Shown here: in pieces, positions 58,878 to 64,000 of the stretch
Position numbering within the stretch: position 1 is the first letter of the stretch
How the letters are laid out: each line of letters opens with the position of its first letter
Virus record (IMG/VR): IMGVR_UViG_3300020034_000009
Span: 7,436-71,435 of that record
Direction: 5' to 3' (one strand)
Origin: a virus
DNA length: 64,000 nucleotides
Position numbers and translations under genes: made by a program
Notes under the pieces: generated by a model
Told to the model about the DNA's origin: nothing
Database searches by the model: none
Seen by the model: only the letters and a program-made list of their open reading frames with translations

Positions 58878-59314
58878 ATGCTTAAAATATGGCAAGGAAT
58901 TAGATCATTCCTATCGTTACTCTTTTTTATCCTTGTTATTACAGGATTCGGTCTATTAATAATATACATTTTACATTTTATTCTTCAACTGTTAAAAATT
59001 ATCGACTAATGGGAAAGAAACTCAAAATTCCTCGAAATCCTAGTCCTAAATCAGTTTGGATTATGGCTCTTATTATTGGTCTAGTACTAGGATTAGCTAT
59101 TGCAGCATGGTTTAGTATTAGATTTAATTAAATATTTAAAAAACACTCATTATGATAGCAATCTTGGTTGGTTGTGCCTTCATCCTTGTTTGCCTCATAG
59201 TGAGGAAAAACAAATAATATGGACACTGGACAAATGGTATTTACAATATTGATATTAACCTTTCTAGCCTTGGGAGGCTTAGATTGGTATGAAAATCATA
59301 AAACAAAAAACTAA
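58878..59314 (+). CDS. Four tandem single-TM microproteins (58878-59009, 59009-59131, 59152-59217, 59219-59314)
   Basis: Manually translated 43, 40, 21 and 31 aa ORFs, each with one hydrophobic helix, tightly packed. Confidence 0.6.
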
Positions 59315-59320
59315 AATAAA

Positions 59321-59758
59321 ATGAAAAAATCAGAATTAAAAACAGGAATGCTTGTAAAACATAGATACGAGTGTGACTTAGGTATTATAATGCTTAATAG
59401 TGAAGACGGAGATGATCTGATAGTATACACAAATGGGCAAAATATTCTATCTGACTGGGAAGAAAACTTAAATATGGGTAGTAGTGGAGATAATGAATGG
59501 GACATAATTGAAGTCTGGAAGGCTAAAGGAGCACATAAACTAACTTCATATCTTCTTAAGGATAGAGAACTGATTTATAAAAATTCAGAAACTGTTATAC
59601 TTACAGATGAGTATAGTGCTGTCTTTAATAAAGAAGATAAGACTATTACAGTAGGCTGTCAGACTATTCCCTTTTCTAAAGTGATAGAAGTAGCTAATAA
59701 GATACAAGAACTAGCTATTATTAAGAAACCAGCTCGTAAATCAGCTAAAAAACGATAA
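59321..59758 (+). CDS. Phage hypothetical protein
   Basis: MKKSELKTGMLV..WDIIEVW..VGCQTI. Confidence 0.75.
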   Translation: MKKSELKTGMLVKHRYECDLGIIMLNSEDGDDLIVYTNGQNILSDWEENLNMGSSGDNEWDIIEVWKAKGAHKLTSYLLKDRELIYKNSETVILTDEYSAVFNKEDKTITVGCQTIPFSKVIEVANKIQELAIIKKPARKSAKKR

Positions 59759-59759
59759 A

Positions 59760-60230
59760 ATGTCAAAAAACATCGAACTTTACAAGAAAACAGAACAAAT
59801 ACTGTTTAATGCTTATTTTAATGGTACATTACAACATGCAAACTGTGCAGCATGTGCTGTAGGCAATATTATTGCTAATAATATGGGCATTAAAATTATA
59901 CCAGATACTTCCTTTGGATTAAGCTGGGAAGGGTATAATCCAGATGAAATTTCAGCTTGGGCAAGACTTTTAACGTTTGATAAATGGAGTAATACAGCTG
60001 TTAAAATGATAGAATCTACCGGATATACACAAAATGAACTTACAAGAATTGAATATGCTTTTGAAGGTGTAAGATATAAAAATTGGTATAAACCTAATAA
60101 TATTGAAGATAATATGTTTAATGGTCTAGTAGCTGTACTTGATGTACTAAAAGGGATACATGAACTAGATTCTGTAGAGCCAGAAAAAGAAAGGTTTAAA
60201 AACCATTATTTAACATTACAACCAGCTTAA
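59760..60230 (+). CDS. Cys-motif protein (paralog of 51550)
   Basis: AYF..CAACAVGNI..IEYAFE..LDVLKGIH. Confidence 0.75.
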   Translation: MSKNIELYKKTEQILFNAYFNGTLQHANCAACAVGNIIANNMGIKIIPDTSFGLSWEGYNPDEISAWARLLTFDKWSNTAVKMIESTGYTQNELTRIEYAFEGVRYKNWYKPNNIEDNMFNGLVAVLDVLKGIHELDSVEPEKERFKNHYLTLQPA

Positions 60231-60231
60231 A

Positions 60232-60684
60232 ATGAGAACATTTAAGGGCCATATTACCAAACTAGAGCCACACCAATATGTAGTATTTGGTAGTAATACA
60301 CAAGGAATACATATGGCTGGTAATGCTGGATGGGCATTAAAAAATGCTGGAGCTATTTTAGGCCAATCTAGGGGCTTTCAGGGTAGGGGATATGCTATTT
60401 GTACCACAGAGCTTGTTAAACAGACCGAACCTAAACATAGAATTGGTATTAGTAGGCAAGAGATTATAGATCAAATAGTTACACTTTATCAGGAAGCAAC
60501 AGACTTACCACAAGAGGACTTTCTTGTAATGTATACAGCTGGAACTACTAACTTGAGTGGATTTACACCTGAAGCATTTGCTGATATGTTCTGGTTGGCT
60601 GCCCAAATAAATAAGGGACTTCCAGAGAATATTGTATTTGAGGAGTCATTCCTAGAACTTATTAACAATATTACTAAAGACTAA
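60232..60684 (+). CDS. Macrodomain-like phage protein
   Basis: VFGSNTQGIHMAGNA..G.QGRGYAICT pattern. Confidence 0.6.
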   Translation: MRTFKGHITKLEPHQYVVFGSNTQGIHMAGNAGWALKNAGAILGQSRGFQGRGYAICTTELVKQTEPKHRIGISRQEIIDQIVTLYQEATDLPQEDFLVMYTAGTTNLSGFTPEAFADMFWLAAQINKGLPENIVFEESFLELINNITKD

Positions 60685-60688
60685 GTAT

Positions 60689-60991
60689 ATGGCTACATTT
60701 ACAGTATCCATCATATGGATAATAGGGTGGATACTATCATTTTATGCATTTAAACATTATGAAAAGAGTTTTTATGGAAATTGGGACCCCATTACGGGGT
60801 TCTTTATTTTTCTAACAGCTTTTACCGTCCCCTATATAGCTGTAATATGGACTATATTAGCATGGATAAACAATTATTTATTATTTTTATCAGATTTAAA
60901 ACAAAAACAAAATGATCCCGAATATAAAAAACTTATTGAGCATTATTATGGTAGGGTTAGTCTTATTGACCTCTTGCAAGAAAGAGACTAG
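60689..60991 (+). CDS. Small membrane protein
   Basis: Two hydrophobic segments. Confidence 0.55.
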   Translation: MATFTVSIIWIIGWILSFYAFKHYEKSFYGNWDPITGFFIFLTAFTVPYIAVIWTILAWINNYLLFLSDLKQKQNDPEYKKLIEHYYGRVSLIDLLQERD

Positions 60992-61433
60992 CAATGAGGA
61001 TAATCCTCCTACACAAAATGAAACACAAAATAAAGCCAAGGCTGATAGCTTTGCAGTATTTACACAGGGTAAAATTCTACAAATAGTAGACTTTTATGCT
61101 GAGAGTGGTGTTATTTATAATGATACTACGTTAGAGACTGAAACTCAGCTATTTGCTAGATATGTACCAAATTGGGTACAACAGGCTGAAATGACCCTCC
61201 ATGATAGTAAAGTGGACATTAAACAGGGATATTATAAGTATCCTTATGATACTACTACCATCCTCCATAGATCATATGATGTAACATATGACGATAATGG
61301 TGTATATTTCATATATCTAACACATGATTATAAGCCTCTAAAGTATACAGTAGTAGAATGGGATGCTACACATATTAAAGTGTATGTTCTATTTAAGGGT
61401 ACGAGATTATTTACAGTGTATAAAATTGTTTAG
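60912..61433 (+). CDS. Lipoprotein
   Basis: Signal peptide with LTSC lipobox, then KKETSNED. Confidence 0.7.
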   Translation: MIPNIKNLLSIIMVGLVLLTSCKKETSNEDNPPTQNETQNKAKADSFAVFTQGKILQIVDFYAESGVIYNDTTLETETQLFARYVPNWVQQAEMTLHDSKVDIKQGYYKYPYDTTTILHRSYDVTYDDNGVYFIYLTHDYKPLKYTVVEWDATHIKVYVLFKGTRLFTVYKIV

Positions 61434-61450
61434 TCTGCTCTAGAGATTTA

Positions 61451-61482
61451 TTTGGAAATTTAGAATATAAATAGTATTTTTG
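61451..61482 (+). promoter_or_regulatory. Bacteroidota-type promoter for the GIY-YIG gene
   Basis: TTTG-20nt-TATTTTTG, 4 nt before ATG 61487. Confidence 0.75.
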
Positions 61483-61486
61483 TTTT

Positions 61487-62071
61487 ATGAAAGTATATAT
61501 TTATATTCTAAAGGACCCTGATACTCAAGAAGTTAGGTATGTTGGTAAATCTGTTAGGCCAAAGAGGAGATATTCTGAGCATATTTATAAAAAGTATCAA
61601 GAAAACAAGAAAACTCATTTAGCTCACTGGCTTCTAAAGTTACTTAATCAAGATAAGAAACCTATTATGGAAATAATAGATCAAACTGAAGGAGACTGGG
61701 AGATTTTAGAGAAGAAGTGGATTGCTTTTTATTCTAATTTATGTAATCATACCTTAGGAGGTGGGGGCTGTCATGGAATTATTCAATCTAAAGAAATATT
61801 AGAGAAAAGAAGCAAGTCTATGCTTGGTAAGAATAAAGGAAAAACTATGCCTGAGGATTTTAAAAAGAAACTTTCGTCTACTTTAAAAGATACAGGATTA
61901 CATAGGGGTACTAATAACCCGAATTCTAAATATTCTAAGGAGCAGATTGAAAACGTAAAAAAGTATTTAAAAGAGTTTTCTTATTTGTCTGGTGTAAATA
62001 TAGCCAGAATATGCAAAGTACATCCTCAATTAGTGTATGAAATTAAAAACGGTACTAAACATAGGGACTAA
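61487..62071 (+). CDS. GIY-YIG homing endonuclease with NUMOD3-like repeats and C-terminal HTH
   Basis: YIY..RYVGKS..R..EH, EKKWI, N.TLGG. Confidence 0.88.
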   Translation: MKVYIYILKDPDTQEVRYVGKSVRPKRRYSEHIYKKYQENKKTHLAHWLLKLLNQDKKPIMEIIDQTEGDWEILEKKWIAFYSNLCNHTLGGGGCHGIIQSKEILEKRSKSMLGKNKGKTMPEDFKKKLSSTLKDTGLHRGTNNPNSKYSKEQIENVKKYLKEFSYLSGVNIARICKVHPQLVYEIKNGTKHRD

Positions 62072-62112
62072 ATGCAATAAATGTTCTACCTTTCACTAAT
62101 AAAAACTAAAAA

Positions 62113-63186
62113 ATGAAACAAACTAAAACTTGGAGTGTATTCAACAATCAGTATTTCCTCCGTGATGTAACATCAAACAGAGAAGATATTCCTAAAGGGG
62201 TATATGAAGTACAAAGTACTCCTCAAGGAGAACTATTCCTATCTAGACTAATTGACAAATTTGAATTTGGGTTTAAAGTGTATGGTCTTAATACACCCTT
62301 TGTAGAAAAGGTAATTAAAACTTACAATAATACTACAGGAAATCTTGGTGTGCTACTTAATGGTATTAAGGGTACTGGTAAAAGTGTAACAGCAGAAATA
62401 CTAGCCAATAAGCTGGAATTGCCAATAATTCTCGTTACTGTCCCTTTTGAGGGATTAAATAGCTTTTTGAACTCAATTCAGCAAGATATTGTTGTATTTA
62501 TTGATGAATATGAGAAAATCTATCAGGGAACAGCCAAATATGACATGGATAATGAAGAGTCTGGTTCTAGTGGTAGTGGAGCATTACTGTCTCTAATGGA
62601 TGGCGTATTGAAATCTAATCATAGAAAGGTGTTTCTTCTTACTACAAATCAGGTTTGGCTCAATGAGAATATGCTTAATAGACCCGGAAGGATTAGGTAT
62701 TTAAAGCATTTTGGAGACCTTACTAAAGAACAGGTAAAGGAAATATTAGATGACTGTCTTGTTGAAAAGCAATGGGAATCAGACATTTATGATTTTATCA
62801 GACCTCTTAAGATTATCACGGTTGATATTATTAAGAGTATTGTTAGTGAAGTGAATATATTCAATGAATCTCCAGAAATTTGCTGCAAGGACTTCAATGT
62901 TGAATTCAGAGATGAGACATATAAGATTATCAAAGTGGATGGCAAAAAAGTTCCAACAGTAATTCAGGAGGAGGTAAATATCAAGCTTGTTGACAATTTC
63001 ATTTCTAGAGTTAAGGCTAATCCTAAGGGAGCTTTCCTTGAATGCGCTTCAATCTATCTTAGATCATTAGAATCTAATGGAGATGGTACATATAAAGTGT
63101 ATGACTATAATGTAGGAGATGAAAAGCAAGCATTTAAGATAAAATTTGAGAAAACTCAGGGGTATCATTCTGTTTTTGCTTATTAA
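62113..63186 (+). CDS. AAA+ ATPase
   Basis: GIKGTGKS, VVFIDEYEK, LLSLMDG, TTN, NRPGRI. Confidence 0.92.
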   Translation: MKQTKTWSVFNNQYFLRDVTSNREDIPKGVYEVQSTPQGELFLSRLIDKFEFGFKVYGLNTPFVEKVIKTYNNTTGNLGVLLNGIKGTGKSVTAEILANKLELPIILVTVPFEGLNSFLNSIQQDIVVFIDEYEKIYQGTAKYDMDNEESGSSGSGALLSLMDGVLKSNHRKVFLLTTNQVWLNENMLNRPGRIRYLKHFGDLTKEQVKEILDDCLVEKQWESDIYDFIRPLKIITVDIIKSIVSEVNIFNESPEICCKDFNVEFRDETYKIIKVDGKKVPTVIQEEVNIKLVDNFISRVKANPKGAFLECASIYLRSLESNGDGTYKVYDYNVGDEKQAFKIKFEKTQGYHSVFAY

Positions 63187-63193
63187 ATCACAT

Positions 63194-63221
63194 AGGGAGG
63201 CCATTGATTTGGTCTCCCTTT
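63194..63221 (+). terminator. Hairpin/terminator
   Basis: AGGGAGGCCA-TTGATT-TGGTCTCCCT-TT. Confidence 0.6.
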
Positions 63222-63233
63222 AAACTATTAATA

Positions 63234-63797
63234 ATGGAAAATTCATTTTCAGATTGGTGTATTAAGAAACATGCTGACACCAATCATATGTATGATAAAT
63301 ATTTACCATATGAGTTCCATTTAAGGATGGTAGTGAAGGCTGCTAGTGATTTTCAACATTTATGGCCTAAAGAGGAAATATTTAAAGGCGGTATTAATAA
63401 TGATCCTAGAAAGCATTTCTTTGAAACTATTCTATGGAAGGATGTAATCCCTGATGCTTGTTGGGGTCATGACCTAATAGAGGATGCTAGAGTTAGTTAT
63501 AACGATATTTGGGAGAAAGTAGGAACTGATATATCTGATATTATCTATGCCTGTACTAACTTAAGAGGTAAGAATAGAGCAGAAAGAGGGTCAGAAGAAT
63601 ATTATAAGCTAATTAGAGAGACCCCCGGAGCTGATTTTGTCAAATTATGTGATAGAATAGCTAATGTACAGTATTCTAAAATGTCTGGTAGTAGGATGTT
63701 TGATATGTATAAGAAAGAGAATTTTAAATTTATAGGGAGGATTGGTAAGAACTATCCTCCTATGATTGATTATTTAAATAAATTATTTTATGAATAA
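63234..63797 (+). CDS. HD-domain (p)ppGpp hydrolase-like (SpoT/Mesh1 type)
   Basis: PYEFHL..V, GHDLIED, VKLCDRIAN; start moved to MENSF. Confidence 0.8.
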   Translation: MENSFSDWCIKKHADTNHMYDKYLPYEFHLRMVVKAASDFQHLWPKEEIFKGGINNDPRKHFFETILWKDVIPDACWGHDLIEDARVSYNDIWEKVGTDISDIIYACTNLRGKNRAERGSEEYYKLIRETPGADFVKLCDRIANVQYSKMSGSRMFDMYKKENFKFIGRIGKNYPPMIDYLNKLFYE

Positions 63798-63975
63798 GGA
63801 TAACGCATTTCATGGCCAAACACTTAAAACTCTATTGGCTCAAAAGGAATTGTTAAGGCATTTCTATTACGGCTCTGATTTACAATATAGAGAAATAAGG
63901 AAGTTTTATAAATCAGTATTAAAGAGTATTAAAAAAGAACTTAAACAAGCTATTAAAGCACAAAAAAAGAAATAA
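63790..63975 (+). CDS. Basic hypothetical protein
   Basis: 61 aa, coupled to upstream gene. Confidence 0.55.
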   Translation: MNKDNAFHGQTLKTLLAQKELLRHFYYGSDLQYREIRKFYKSVLKSIKKELKQAIKAQKKK

Positions 63976-64000
63976 TATGCTTCCATTTAAAGAATTCCCT

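Overview
64 kb of a crAss-like (Crassvirales-type) podophage genome infecting a Bacteroidota host, indicated by TTTG-N18-20-TAnnTTTG promoters, SD-less AT-rich starts and lipoproteins. Positions 1-46865 are a minus-strand late/structural arm: glycosyltransferases and an alpha/beta hydrolase, HU/IHF-like proteins, terminase, portal, scaffold, major and auxiliary capsid proteins, ring and tail proteins, an NlpC/P60 hydrolase, a metallophosphoesterase, the muzzle protein, cargo proteins, and a >3300-aa virion RNA polymerase (GSDFDVD motif) that runs off the left edge and is missing from the ORF track. A divergent switch lies at about 46.9-47.1 kb. The plus-strand early arm carries many small, often paralogous or membrane ORFs, two homing endonucleases, two lipoproteins, an AAA ATPase and a SpoT-like HD hydrolase. 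Most unusual features: (1) a dispersed family of anticodon-less tRNA mimics (acceptor stem plus T-arm) placed between genes; (2) several long-stem multi-junction RNAs in the early arm; (3) two glycosyltransferases together with Ser/Thr mucin-like tracts on virion proteins, suggesting virion O-glycosylation; (4) a single in-frame TAG inside a hairpin that splits a cargo protein at a degenerate muramidase domain; (5) two palindromic operator families and promoters predicting leaderless mRNAs. Product calls come from motifs read by eye and crAss-like gene order; RNA folds were paired by eye; no database search or folding program was run.
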